A program made the position numbers and the translations under genes. A stretch of 64,000 nucleotides of DNA from Elusimicrobiota bacterium (GTDB taxonomy: Bacteria; Elusimicrobiota; Elusimicrobia; UBA1565): positions 51,295-115,294 of the forward strand of contig JBDRPD010000105.1 of the NCBI GenBank assembly GCA_043827405.1, in the 5' to 3' direction. Positions 9,116-18,143 of the stretch are shown one piece after another. The notes under the pieces were generated by a model that saw nothing but the letters and a program-made list of their open reading frames with translations, did not search any database and was not told the origin of the DNA. The stretch's first letter is position 1, and every line of letters begins with the position of its first letter.

Positions 9116-10648
9116 ATGGCGGATGCGGCTCAGGGAGTCGTCTACCTTATCGGCGCCGGTCCCGGCGACCCCGAGCTTATCACGGTCAAAGGCAAGCGGC
9201 TCCTGGAGACCTGCGACGCGGTCATCTACGACAATCTCGTAGCCAACGAGTTCGTGCTGGCTCTCCCTGAGGCGGCGGAGAAGCACTATGTGGGGAAACG
9301 GGCCGGCCATCACTGCTTTTCCCAGGACGAGATCAACAAGCTCCTGGTCAAGCTCGGCAAGGAAGGCAAGCGCGTCGCCCGGCTTAAGGGCGGCGACCCC
9401 TTTGTTTTCGGCCGCGGCTCCGAGGAGGCGCGTTTTCTCAAGCAGCACGGCGTTCGCTTCGAGGTGGTCTCCGGCGTGACCTCCGGCGTCGCGGCGCTGG
9501 CCTATAACGGCATCCCCTGCACCGACCGGAGCAAGTCATCTTTCGTTGTCTTCGCCACCGGTCACAAAGCGGGCGAGAAGCGCGAATCGTCCGTCCCCTG
9601 GGGCTGGATCGCCCAAGCGCGGCGGGGCACCGTCGTAATTTACATGGGTATCGGCGAGATGGAAGCCATCGTCGACCAGCTGCTCACCGGCGGCATGCCG
9701 CCGGAGACTCCCGCCGCCGTCATCGAGCGCGGCACCTTTCCCTCGCAGCGGGTGGTCCAGGCCGAGCTGGCGGAGCTGCCGAAAAAGACCCGGGCGGCCG
9801 GCCTGCGTCCGCCGGCGATCATCGTCATCGGCGACGTGGTCAGCCTGCAGTCCGAGCTGGAGTGGTACGAGAAGCGGCCGCTGTCCGGCATTCGCGTCAT
9901 GATCACACGGATCGCCGGTCAGGCGCGTGAGATGCGCGACTCCCTCCGGGATTTGGGCGCGGAGATCCTGTCCTATCCGACCTTGGCGGTCGAGACGCAT
10001 GACGACGCTGAAGGCTGGCGTTCTTTTGACCGGATCGGAAGCGGCGGCAAGTGGCTGGTGTTTACCAGCAGCAATGCCGTGCGGTTTTTTATCCGCCGCT
10101 TCGTGGAGCGCCGCGGTGATATCCGGCAGCTGGCGGGCTTTAAGATCGCGGCTGCGGGAGCAAGCACGGTGCAGGCGCTGCGTGATCTGCATCTGGAGAC
10201 CGATTTCGCTCCCGCCATGGCGACCGTGGATACGCTGAGCGCGCGGATGCTCGAAGAGCTGGACCTTAAGGGCGCCGAAGTCGTGCGGGTGCGCGGCAAT
10301 CTGGCGGCATCGACTATTGAGGACCGGTTCGAAGCGGCGGGCGTCCGGGTGACGCCGCTGACCGTCTACCAGACGCATAATCCCGTTTGGCCGGATGGGC
10401 TCAAGAGCAAACTGTTCGACCACCCGCCGCAGGTCCTGGTTTTTACCAGCGGCTCATCCGTCGAGGGCCTGTTCTCCAACCTGACAGAAGACGAAGTTCG
10501 TACTCTCACCGCCGGCGCAGTCATCGCCTCTATTGGCCCGATGACGAGCAGCGCCCTGCAGGCGCGCGGCTTGACCGTGACTCTGGAAACCAAGAAATTG
10601 ACGGTTCCGGATCTTATCAAGTCCATCGCCGACCTCCACAAAAAATAG
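9116..10648 (+). CDS. cobA: Uroporphyrinogen-III C-methyltransferase / uroporphyrinogen-III synthase fusion (CobA-HemD)
   Basis: GAGPGDPELIT, RLKGGDPFVFGRG, then HemD motifs FTSSNAV, FTSGSSV and SIGPMT. Confidence 0.92.
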   Translation: MADAAQGVVYLIGAGPGDPELITVKGKRLLETCDAVIYDNLVANEFVLALPEAAEKHYVGKRAGHHCFSQDEINKLLVKLGKEGKRVARLKGGDPFVFGRGSEEARFLKQHGVRFEVVSGVTSGVAALAYNGIPCTDRSKSSFVVFATGHKAGEKRESSVPWGWIAQARRGTVVIYMGIGEMEAIVDQLLTGGMPPETPAAVIERGTFPSQRVVQAELAELPKKTRAAGLRPPAIIVIGDVVSLQSELEWYEKRPLSGIRVMITRIAGQAREMRDSLRDLGAEILSYPTLAVETHDDAEGWRSFDRIGSGGKWLVFTSSNAVRFFIRRFVERRGDIRQLAGFKIAAAGASTVQALRDLHLETDFAPAMATVDTLSARMLEELDLKGAEVVRVRGNLAASTIEDRFEAAGVRVTPLTVYQTHNPVWPDGLKSKLFDHPPQVLVFTSGSSVEGLFSNLTEDEVRTLTAGAVIASIGPMTSSALQARGLTVTLETKKLTVPDLIKSIADLHKK

Positions 10649-10706
10649 CAGAAACTCCTTATAAAATAAGGAGAAAGTAATATATTGTTATGTATTGTTT
10701 AATATG

Positions 10707-10772
10707 TTGACAAGTCATGGCTTTATTTGTAAAATGCATAAAGTCAATAAATAACCAATAAAGTCAATAAAC
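10707..10772 (+). promoter_or_regulatory. sigma70 promoter followed by phased CAATAAA direct repeats
   Basis: TTGACA (10707)-17 bp-TAAAAT (10730); ATAAAGTCAATAA at 10738 and 10758. Confidence 0.7.
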
Positions 10773-10786
10773 AGGTTTAACGTCAG

Positions 10787-11566
10787 ATGAATGAACGATT
10801 TCTCTCCACGGGCCAAGCAGCGAAAATTTGCTCCGTCACCAGGGATACTGTTCTTAAGTGGATCAAGCTCGGCAAGATCGACGCCATCCAAACTCCGGGC
10901 GGGCATTACCGGGTCAACCGCATCAGTCTAGACCCATATCTATCCAGCGATAAACCCGTCGCAGCGCTCCAGCCTGCTGATAAGCATGTCTCCTTCTGTT
11001 GGGAATACCATGCCAAGGAAGGCGAGATCGGTCATGACTGCCGCAAGTGCATGGTGTTTAAATCCCAGGCGCAGAAGTGCTATCTGATGGCCGGCCTCGG
11101 CGAGAAGGGCGGGCATGTGGGCGTGCACTGCAAGGACAACTGCTACGAATGCGAGTACTTCCGCTTCATTAATGACTCGGTGCCTAATGTCCTGCTGATC
11201 ACCGACAACGAGGACATGATCAAAAGGATGCAGGCGCGTACTTTGGACCGCATGATTCTCCGGGTCGCCAGCTGCGAATACGACACTTCCGCCATGGTCC
11301 ATGATTTCAAGCCGGACTTCATCATCATCGATGATTCCCTGATCGGCGGCAGCCCGGATGGGCTGTGCCGGCACCTGATAAAGGACCCGCGGGTTCATGG
11401 GGCGCAAATCATTTTAGCCGTGCCGGAGGGGCGCAAGCGGGACACGCTGCTGGAAGGCGTATGCGCCTCAATGGTCATGCCGTTTAGCGTAGATCAGATG
11501 GAGGAGAGCTTTGACCGGCTCAGAAGAAGCCTGTGGGGTACCCGCAGGCCGCCGGCGCAGAATTGA
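10787..11566 (+). CDS. Excisionase-type (HTH_17) DNA-binding protein with a 7-Cys module and a degenerate receiver domain
   Basis: LSTGQAAKICSV...KWIKLGKI.A.QTPGGHYR; CW..CxxC..CY..C..CxxC; receiver-like C-terminus (KPDFIIIDD) lacking the conserved KP. Confidence 0.8.
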   Translation: MNERFLSTGQAAKICSVTRDTVLKWIKLGKIDAIQTPGGHYRVNRISLDPYLSSDKPVAALQPADKHVSFCWEYHAKEGEIGHDCRKCMVFKSQAQKCYLMAGLGEKGGHVGVHCKDNCYECEYFRFINDSVPNVLLITDNEDMIKRMQARTLDRMILRVASCEYDTSAMVHDFKPDFIIIDDSLIGGSPDGLCRHLIKDPRVHGAQIILAVPEGRKRDTLLEGVCASMVMPFSVDQMEESFDRLRRSLWGTRRPPAQN

Positions 11567-11583
11567 TCCGTGATTGGAGAGTT

Positions 11584-12114
11584 ATGATGCTAAAAGAGCC
11601 CAAGATCAGCAATACGAAGTTAACCCTTGTTAAGGGCGATGTGACCGACACGGACGCGGACGCTTTTGTGTTTTACGCCCGCAACGACTTGCAGCTGGGT
11701 TCCGGCTACGGCACGGCGATTACCCTGAGAGGCGGCCCCGGCATCAAGAAGGAGTTGGACGCGATCGGCAGGGTGGCGACGGGCAAGGCCGTGGCGACTG
11801 GTGCCGGTGAGATGAAGGCGAAGGTCATCATCCACGCCTGCGGACCCAAGTTCCAGGAGGAGGACGAGGAGAAAAAGCTGCGCGATACCATGCAGTCTTC
11901 CCTAAAATGCGCCGATGAGAAGGGCGTGAAGACGCTCGCATTCCCCCCCATGGGCTCAGGCTTCTACGGCATCCCGCTGGACATGTGCCGCAAGGTCATG
12001 ATCGAGGAGATCCGGAAGCACCTTGAAGGCAAGACTTGCCTCGAGGAAGTCCGGATCGTCGTGCCGGACCCGAGAGAAGAGGGGCCTTTCGGCGAGGCCA
12101 TCAAGAGCCTCTAA
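11584..12114 (+). CDS. Macro domain protein
   Basis: KGDVT..DADA, ATGAGEMKAKVIIHACGP and LAFPPMGSGFYG. Confidence 0.85.
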   Translation: MMLKEPKISNTKLTLVKGDVTDTDADAFVFYARNDLQLGSGYGTAITLRGGPGIKKELDAIGRVATGKAVATGAGEMKAKVIIHACGPKFQEEDEEKKLRDTMQSSLKCADEKGVKTLAFPPMGSGFYGIPLDMCRKVMIEEIRKHLEGKTCLEEVRIVVPDPREEGPFGEAIKSL

Positions 12115-12135
12115 AGGCTTCCGAGGAGAGAAACT

Positions 12136-12846
12136 ATGCAAGAAATGAGTGGATTGCTGCATTTTGCGGAAACACGGCTGCAGGAGGCCGCCTTGGTCTG
12201 GATGGCCTGCGTGTACGCCTTCAAGATCCGGTGGCTGCTGAGCTTTAAGGACGGCAAGGACGGGTCCATCGCCACGGGTATGGGCGCGGTGGACAAGGAG
12301 ACGGGCAAGTGGTACTCGATGGCCAACATCGTCATGCCGTGGGCCATGGAGAGCACCCGGAAGAACCCCTTCTTCTACCTCCAATTCGTGCTCTTCCATC
12401 TGGGAGTGGTGGCGTCGATCAGCATGTCCTTCGTTATCCCGTACATGCCCTTCCTGCTGAAAAACGCCCTGGTGGTCAAGGTCATCCAAGGGCTCTGCGC
12501 CACGGCCTGCGTCATCGGCATCGGCCGGATGATCCGGCGCATCGTCAGACCGGTTATGCGGCTGATCAGCACTCCGGATGACTACTTCTCGCTGGCCCTC
12601 TTGACCGTGTGGTTCGCCGTGGCGACGCTGGCGGCGCCCAACGACATCAGCGGCGGCGAAGGGATCATGCTGACCTACTTCTTCATGACCGCGTTCTTTC
12701 TGATCTACGTCCCCTTCAGCAAGATATCGCACTACCTGTACTACCCGTTCACCCGGTTCTGGATCGGACGCGCGCTCGCCAAGCGCGGCGTCTACCCCCC
12801 GGTGAAGGGTCCCGACCAAGTGGCGAGCAAGTACGCCGAGGTATAA
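12136..12846 (+). CDS. NarI/TmcC/HmcE-like cytochrome b membrane anchor
   Basis: About 5 TM helices; FH in TM2, RRI.RP.MRLISTPDDY and PFSKISH. Confidence 0.8.
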   Translation: MQEMSGLLHFAETRLQEAALVWMACVYAFKIRWLLSFKDGKDGSIATGMGAVDKETGKWYSMANIVMPWAMESTRKNPFFYLQFVLFHLGVVASISMSFVIPYMPFLLKNALVVKVIQGLCATACVIGIGRMIRRIVRPVMRLISTPDDYFSLALLTVWFAVATLAAPNDISGGEGIMLTYFFMTAFFLIYVPFSKISHYLYYPFTRFWIGRALAKRGVYPPVKGPDQVASKYAEV

Positions 12847-12850
12847 GACC

Positions 12851-14593
12851 ATGAACGACACGAAAACGAGATCACATAAGGCCAAGAAGTTCCTGGAGCG
12901 GCTGCCGATGAAGCTCAACCGGCAGATCGTGGGCTCGCTCGCGGGATGCGTGCACTGCGGCATGTGCACCGACTCCTGCCACTATGTGCTGGCCAACCCC
13001 GACGATCCGACCTTCGCGCCGGCGCACAAGGCGGACCAGCTGCGCAAGATCTTCAAGCGCCACATCGACTGGACGGGGAAGGCGTTTCCCTGGTGGGTAA
13101 GCGCCAAGAGTGTGTTTACCGATGAGGACCTCGAGACCCTTAAGGACATCGCCTTCGGCAAGTGCACCAATTGCCGGCGCTGCACCTTCAACTGTCCGAT
13201 GGGCGTCGACTTCGCGACCGTCAACCGCACCTTGCGCGGCCTCCTGGTCCACGTCGGCGTCATGCCCGAAGGCGTCTCCGTGGTCAGCAAGGACCAATGG
13301 GAGATCGGCAACCAGATGGGCGTGCTCAAGGAAGACTACCTGGAGACGATCGACTGGATGTCGGATGAGCTCGCGGGCGAGGTCGGCGACGAGAAGGCGC
13401 GCATCCCGATCGAGAAGAAGAACGTCGACGTCATGTACACCATTAACCCCCGCGAGGTGAAGTACGACCCGCGCTCGATCTCCGACGCCGCCAGGATCTT
13501 CTGGGCGGCCGGCGAGAGCTGGTGCATGCCGGAAGAGGGCTGGGACATGACCAACTTCGGCCTATTCTCCGGCGACGACGACCTCGGCGGCACCGTGGCC
13601 AAGCGGGTCTACGACAAGGCGCGGGAGATCAACGCCAAGAAGGTCGTTATCTCGGAGTGCGGCCACGGCTACCGCTCGACCCGCTGCGAGGGCGTGAACT
13701 GGGCGCAGGACAAGAAGCCGGTCGTCATGGAAAGCTCGGTCCTCACCATGCTCGAGTACATCAAGTCGGGCAAGATCAAGGTGGACAAGAGCAGGAACCC
13801 GGGGACCTATACCTTCCATGACTCCTGCAACAACGCCAGAAGCTGCGGGCTGACCGAGGAACCGCGCGAGCTGTTGAGCCTGGTGGTCGAGAATTTCCAG
13901 GAGATGTACCCCAACCGCGCCGAGAACTACTGCTGCACGGGCGGCGGCGGCGCGATGTCGATGTCGGAGTACACGCCGCGGCGGCTTAAGTCGGCGAAGG
14001 TCAAGGCCGACCAGCTCAAGGCCACGGGCGCCAAGATATGTGTGACGTCCTGCCACAACTGCGTGGACGGTCTCTCGGACTGCATCAAGCATTATGAGAT
14101 CGACATGAAGGTGACGCAGCTGGTGAACCTGGTCGCTAACGCCCTGGTCGTCCCGTCGCGGGTCACCCCGCCGGCGGCGAAGGAGCTGGTCCTCGCCGGA
14201 CGCACCATCCTTGTCGTCGACGACGAGCCGGACGCCCTGACGTTCTTCAGCACGGTGCTCTCCGACAACGGCGCCAAGATCGTCGAGCTGTCGGACGGCA
14301 GCGAGGTGCTCAGGAAGGTGAAGGAGCTCAAGCCCGACCTCGTGACGCTCGACATCTCCATGCCGGGGAAGGACGGAGGCAAGGTGCTGGAAGAGCTGCG
14401 CAATGACCCGGAGACCGAATCGGTGAAGGTCTGCATCATTACCGGCAAGCCGGAGCTCAGGAAGCTCATCTACGACCGCCCCGTGCGGCCGCCGGAAGGC
14501 TATCTGGACAAGCCGGTGGACGAGGAGAAGCTGCTGATGAACGTGCGCAAGATTCTGGAGCTCGCGCACGACGAAGCGCCCGTAGCGGCATAA
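12851..14593 (+). CDS. HdrD/TmcB/DsrK-like (Fe-S, CCG-domain) oxidoreductase fused to a C-terminal response-regulator receiver
   Basis: CVHCGMCTDSC, CTNCRRCTFNCP, ECGH, HDSC, CCTGGGG, CHNC; receiver from about 14201 (ILVVDDE, LDISMP, DKP). Confidence 0.88.
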   Translation: MNDTKTRSHKAKKFLERLPMKLNRQIVGSLAGCVHCGMCTDSCHYVLANPDDPTFAPAHKADQLRKIFKRHIDWTGKAFPWWVSAKSVFTDEDLETLKDIAFGKCTNCRRCTFNCPMGVDFATVNRTLRGLLVHVGVMPEGVSVVSKDQWEIGNQMGVLKEDYLETIDWMSDELAGEVGDEKARIPIEKKNVDVMYTINPREVKYDPRSISDAARIFWAAGESWCMPEEGWDMTNFGLFSGDDDLGGTVAKRVYDKAREINAKKVVISECGHGYRSTRCEGVNWAQDKKPVVMESSVLTMLEYIKSGKIKVDKSRNPGTYTFHDSCNNARSCGLTEEPRELLSLVVENFQEMYPNRAENYCCTGGGGAMSMSEYTPRRLKSAKVKADQLKATGAKICVTSCHNCVDGLSDCIKHYEIDMKVTQLVNLVANALVVPSRVTPPAAKELVLAGRTILVVDDEPDALTFFSTVLSDNGAKIVELSDGSEVLRKVKELKPDLVTLDISMPGKDGGKVLEELRNDPETESVKVCIITGKPELRKLIYDRPVRPPEGYLDKPVDEEKLLMNVRKILELAHDEAPVAA

Positions 14594-14609
14594 GCCGCCG
14601 CGGGTCCGA

Positions 14610-14633
14610 CCCGGGAAGCGCGGGCTTCCCGGG
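14610..14633 (+). terminator. Intra-operon hairpin without a U-tract
   Basis: CCCGGGAAGC-GCGG-GCTTCCCGGG, just upstream of the kinase RBS. Confidence 0.45.
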
Positions 14634-14646
14634 CGGGAGCGGATAC

Positions 14647-16053
14647 ATGGACGCGCCTTTCTATCAGCAGTGCTTTGAGGAAATGCCCTGCTATGTGTCC
14701 GTGCAGGACCGCGACTTCCGCATCATCGAGACCAATCGGCGCTTCCGTGAGCATTTCGGCGACGGCGTCGGCGAGTACTGCCACAAGATATATAAGCGGC
14801 GCGACGAGCGCTGTCCCGTCTGTCCCGTGGCGCAGACCTTCGAGGACGGCAATAACCACACCAGCGAAGAGCAGGTGCGGACTTTGGCCGGCGAGCCGGT
14901 CTGCACTCTAGTCAACACCTGCCCAATCCGCGACGACAATGGCGAGGTAGTCGGCGTCATCGAGATGTCGACCGACGTCACTGCGGCCAAGCGGCTGCAG
15001 CGGCAGTTGGAAGAGAGCCAAAAGCTCTATCAGCTGCTCTTCGAGGAAGTCCCCTGCTATATATCGGTGCAGGATCGCGACTTCCGCATCGTGCACGCGA
15101 ACAGTCGTTTCAAGCGGGACTTCGGGCATAAGCAGGGCTACTGCTACGAGATCTACAAGCACCGCAGCGAGCGCTGCCTGGAGTGCCCGGTTGCGGAGAC
15201 CTTCAAGGACGGGAAGGCGCACTACAGTGAAGAGGTCGTGACCTCCGACTCCGGCGAACGGATCAATACGCTCGTCTGCACGGCGTCGATCCGTGACGAC
15301 AACGGAGAGATCGTCCAGGTGATGGAGATGTCGGCCAATATCACTCGCATCCGGCAGCTGCAGGATCAACTGACTTCGCTGGGGCTGCTTGTGGGCTCGA
15401 TCTCGCACGGCGTTAAGGGGCTGCTGACCGGCTTGCGCGGCGGCATCTACATGCTTAAAACAGGTATTACAAAGCATGACGATGAACGGATCGCCCGGGC
15501 CTGGGAGATGGTGGAAGGCAACGAGAGCCGCATTCGCGGCATGATCCACAATATCCTGTACTATGCCAAGGAGCGGGAGCTCAATATCGAGACCATCGAC
15601 GCCGCCAAGCTGCTCGGCGAGGTCTGCGGCGTGCTGCATGATCGGGCCCGGCAGCTCGGGATAACGTTGACGCAGAAGGAAGGGGCTGTCGGCGAACTGG
15701 TCGGCGATTCCAACGCTTTGCATGCGGCGTTGGTCAACCTGGTCGACAATTCCTTGGACGCCTGCCGGGTTGACAAGAGGAAGAGCGAACATGCGGTCGA
15801 AGTCGGAGTCCGGGAGGACGGAAGCGAGGTTATTTTCGAGATCACCGACAACGGCATCGGGATGGACCGGGAAACCCGGGAGAAGGCCTTCAGCATGTTC
15901 TTCTCCTCCAAGGGCACGGAAGGAACGGGGCTTGGCCTGTATATTTCCAATAAGATCGTCCTTCAGCATAGGGGAATGATTTCCATCGAGTCGACTGCGG
16001 GGCAGGGGACTCGTTTTGCGGTAAAAATACCCAGAAATGGAGCGCACGCATGA
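14647..16053 (+). CDS. Cytoplasmic two-PAS sensor histidine kinase
   Basis: Two PAS domains with Cx10CxxCP; H-box SISHGVKG; N-box NLVDNS; DNGIG and GTGLGL. Confidence 0.9.
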   Translation: MDAPFYQQCFEEMPCYVSVQDRDFRIIETNRRFREHFGDGVGEYCHKIYKRRDERCPVCPVAQTFEDGNNHTSEEQVRTLAGEPVCTLVNTCPIRDDNGEVVGVIEMSTDVTAAKRLQRQLEESQKLYQLLFEEVPCYISVQDRDFRIVHANSRFKRDFGHKQGYCYEIYKHRSERCLECPVAETFKDGKAHYSEEVVTSDSGERINTLVCTASIRDDNGEIVQVMEMSANITRIRQLQDQLTSLGLLVGSISHGVKGLLTGLRGGIYMLKTGITKHDDERIARAWEMVEGNESRIRGMIHNILYYAKERELNIETIDAAKLLGEVCGVLHDRARQLGITLTQKEGAVGELVGDSNALHAALVNLVDNSLDACRVDKRKSEHAVEVGVREDGSEVIFEITDNGIGMDRETREKAFSMFFSSKGTEGTGLGLYISNKIVLQHRGMISIESTAGQGTRFAVKIPRNGAHA

Positions 16054-16427
16054 GCAAGAAGATATTGGTGGTGGATGACGAGCCCGATACGGTGTCCTTT
16101 TTAACGACGTTGCTGGAGGACAACGGCTATGTTACGTGTTCGGCTAACGACGGCGATGAGGCGAGAGGCGTGCTGAAGAGCGAGAAGCCGGATCTGATTA
16201 CCTTAGATATCGAGATGCCGAACAAGTCCGGAGTGCGGCTCTACCGGGAGATGAAGGAAGCTCCTGAGCTGAAAGACATCCCCGTGCTTTTTGTCTCCGG
16301 CCTGGGGGACTTCAAAATCTTCATGCAGAAGATCAAGCCCCTGCCGGATCCCGCGGCCTTTGTTGAGAAGCCGCTGGATGAGGAGCGGGTGCTGCAGGCG
16401 GTAAAGAAGGCGCTGCTTCCCGCTTAG
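16050..16427 (+). CDS. Single-domain response regulator
   Basis: ILVVDDE, LDIEMP, EKP; no output domain. Confidence 0.9.
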   Translation: MSKKILVVDDEPDTVSFLTTLLEDNGYVTCSANDGDEARGVLKSEKPDLITLDIEMPNKSGVRLYREMKEAPELKDIPVLFVSGLGDFKIFMQKIKPLPDPAAFVEKPLDEERVLQAVKKALLPA

Positions 16428-16432
16428 GTCCG

Positions 16433-17983
16433 CTATTTCTTTTCTTTATGGCAGGCGGTGCAGCCGTTGAGTTTGGTTAGTCCCATCTGCTCATGGCACC
16501 TCATGCACTGCAGATGGTAGGCGCCCTTAAGTCCAGTCATCCCCATATTTCCCGCGAAGGACCTGCCGTGGCAGTTGCGGCAGGCGAGGGGCTTCATTTC
16601 TTTGGGCGTGCTGTGGTGACAGCCCATGCACAGCGTGTCCTCTCCGCCGTGGAAGCTCTTTGCCAGCGCGCTGTCGCGGGCGTTTTTGCGCAAGGTATCG
16701 ATGATCTTACGATGCGGGAAGGTTACCTGCTCGTATTTGTCGGAGAGGTGGTCGATGGTGATGTTCTTTGGGATGTCGCCGTCTTTCCAGGAGAGCTTTC
16801 CGTAGCTCTTTTCTTTCAAGAACTTCCCGATATTCTCTGGGCGCGTCGCCGCGATCAGCGGTGAGCTGGGCGGCGGTCCTGAGTGGCATACGCTGCATTC
16901 GCCTTTTCCTAGGGGCTCCTGCTTCATGATAGAGTGGCATCCCGAGCATCCGGGCCGTTGTTTAATTTGGTTGTGGCAGCCGACGCAGCTGTGGCTCGAT
17001 GTCGGGGCGTGCATGGAGCGGGCGAGAGTGACGCCCCCGCCTTTTTTATCTCCGAAGAGGGTATGGCAGTCCCGGCATGCCTGCATGTTTTCGTGATGAC
17101 ATGCGCGGCATGAGGAAGTTGTTTCTTCATGCTGTTTGTGGTCGAATGGGACCGTGTTGATTCGGGCATGCCGCGGGTCGGCGGCGCGCACGAGCGCGGC
17201 GTCCGGCTGACCGCTTTTCAGCCGCGGGACCTTGGCCGGCCTTATAAAGGCAAGCTGGCTGTCCGCATCATGACAGCCCGCGCATGATTTCGGCCCAGAG
17301 TCCATATTTTTCTCGGTCTTTTCAAGATGGCAGCCGACGCATTTGCGATGCGAGACGCGTTTCATGGATCTTCGGTTGCCCTCGGATGTTCGTCGGTGGC
17401 AGTCGCGGCAGGATCTTTCCCGCCCCTTAATATAGACGAGCTTTTGCTGCCGCTCGTCGAGCTCGTGATGACACAGCTCGCATTTCTTGGCGCTCGCTTT
17501 GACGTGACGGTAATGCAGGGATTTGTCGAGCCTTATCTCCCGCCGCGAGGAGACCGTCCGCGGCCGCAGCTGATGGCAGACGCCGCAGTCGCTGGTCACG
17601 ACGGGGCCGGTTTCCCTTCCGGCCGCGGCCTGCTCTTTATGGCAGGCGATGCACTTGCCGTGGTAGAGGTTCTGCAGCGCCTGCATATCGGCGCCCGGCA
17701 GATCTACGAACTGGGGAATAAATAATCCTTGGTCGTCCTTTTGGTGACAGGCATCGCAGCTTTTTCCCTGCTTATCGAGAGCCTTGGTGTGCATGTCATG
17801 CAGGAATGGAACGGCTGGCCGCTTAAGCTCATGGAACTGGGCAATAGAGTCGATCGATATAATATCGGGTCTGGCAGCTTGCGCTTTCTCTTCACTGCCG
17901 CTTGCGGCGCCGAAGAGGATGGCGCTCGCTATGAACGCGCCGAAAACGACGGTTGCTTTGCGTTGTGTTTCGTTTTTCCCCAT
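16433..17983 (-). CDS. hmcA: Hexadecaheme cytochrome c HmcA
   Basis: 16 CxxCH motifs counted; signal peptide; class III cytochrome motifs (V.F.H..H, GLKGAYH.QC). Confidence 0.92.
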   Translation of the reverse strand: MGKNETQRKATVVFGAFIASAILFGAASGSEEKAQAARPDIISIDSIAQFHELKRPAVPFLHDMHTKALDKQGKSCDACHQKDDQGLFIPQFVDLPGADMQALQNLYHGKCIACHKEQAAAGRETGPVVTSDCGVCHQLRPRTVSSRREIRLDKSLHYRHVKASAKKCELCHHELDERQQKLVYIKGRERSCRDCHRRTSEGNRRSMKRVSHRKCVGCHLEKTEKNMDSGPKSCAGCHDADSQLAFIRPAKVPRLKSGQPDAALVRAADPRHARINTVPFDHKQHEETTSSCRACHHENMQACRDCHTLFGDKKGGGVTLARSMHAPTSSHSCVGCHNQIKQRPGCSGCHSIMKQEPLGKGECSVCHSGPPPSSPLIAATRPENIGKFLKEKSYGKLSWKDGDIPKNITIDHLSDKYEQVTFPHRKIIDTLRKNARDSALAKSFHGGEDTLCMGCHHSTPKEMKPLACRNCHGRSFAGNMGMTGLKGAYHLQCMRCHEQMGLTKLNGCTACHKEKK

Positions 17984-17998
17984 AAAGATGCCGTTGCG

Positions 17999-18142
17999 TT
18001 AAGAGCCGCTTTCGTTTCCTTCGCTGTTGGTTAATGCCCGGTAAAAGAAAAAGAACCCGACCACGATCGTTACGGCGAGGGCATAGATTACCGCTTCCGT
18101 ATGGTAAAAGAATTCATGCAGCGTATGTATTTCGCCTGCCAT
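17999..18142 (-). CDS. hmcD: HmcD-like small membrane subunit (47 aa), missing from the ORF track
   Basis: MAGEIHTLHEFFYHTEAVIYALAVTIVVGFFFFYRALTNSEGNESGS; starts 1 nt after the hmcC stop; single TM. Confidence 0.75.
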   Translation of the reverse strand: MAGEIHTLHEFFYHTEAVIYALAVTIVVGFFFFYRALTNSEGNESGS

Positions 18143-18143
18143 A

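Noticed and set aside
10787..10950. Excisionase as evidence of a prophage or ICE
   Set aside because: The HTH_17 domain is fused to sensor domains; no integrase, att repeats or phage genes nearby
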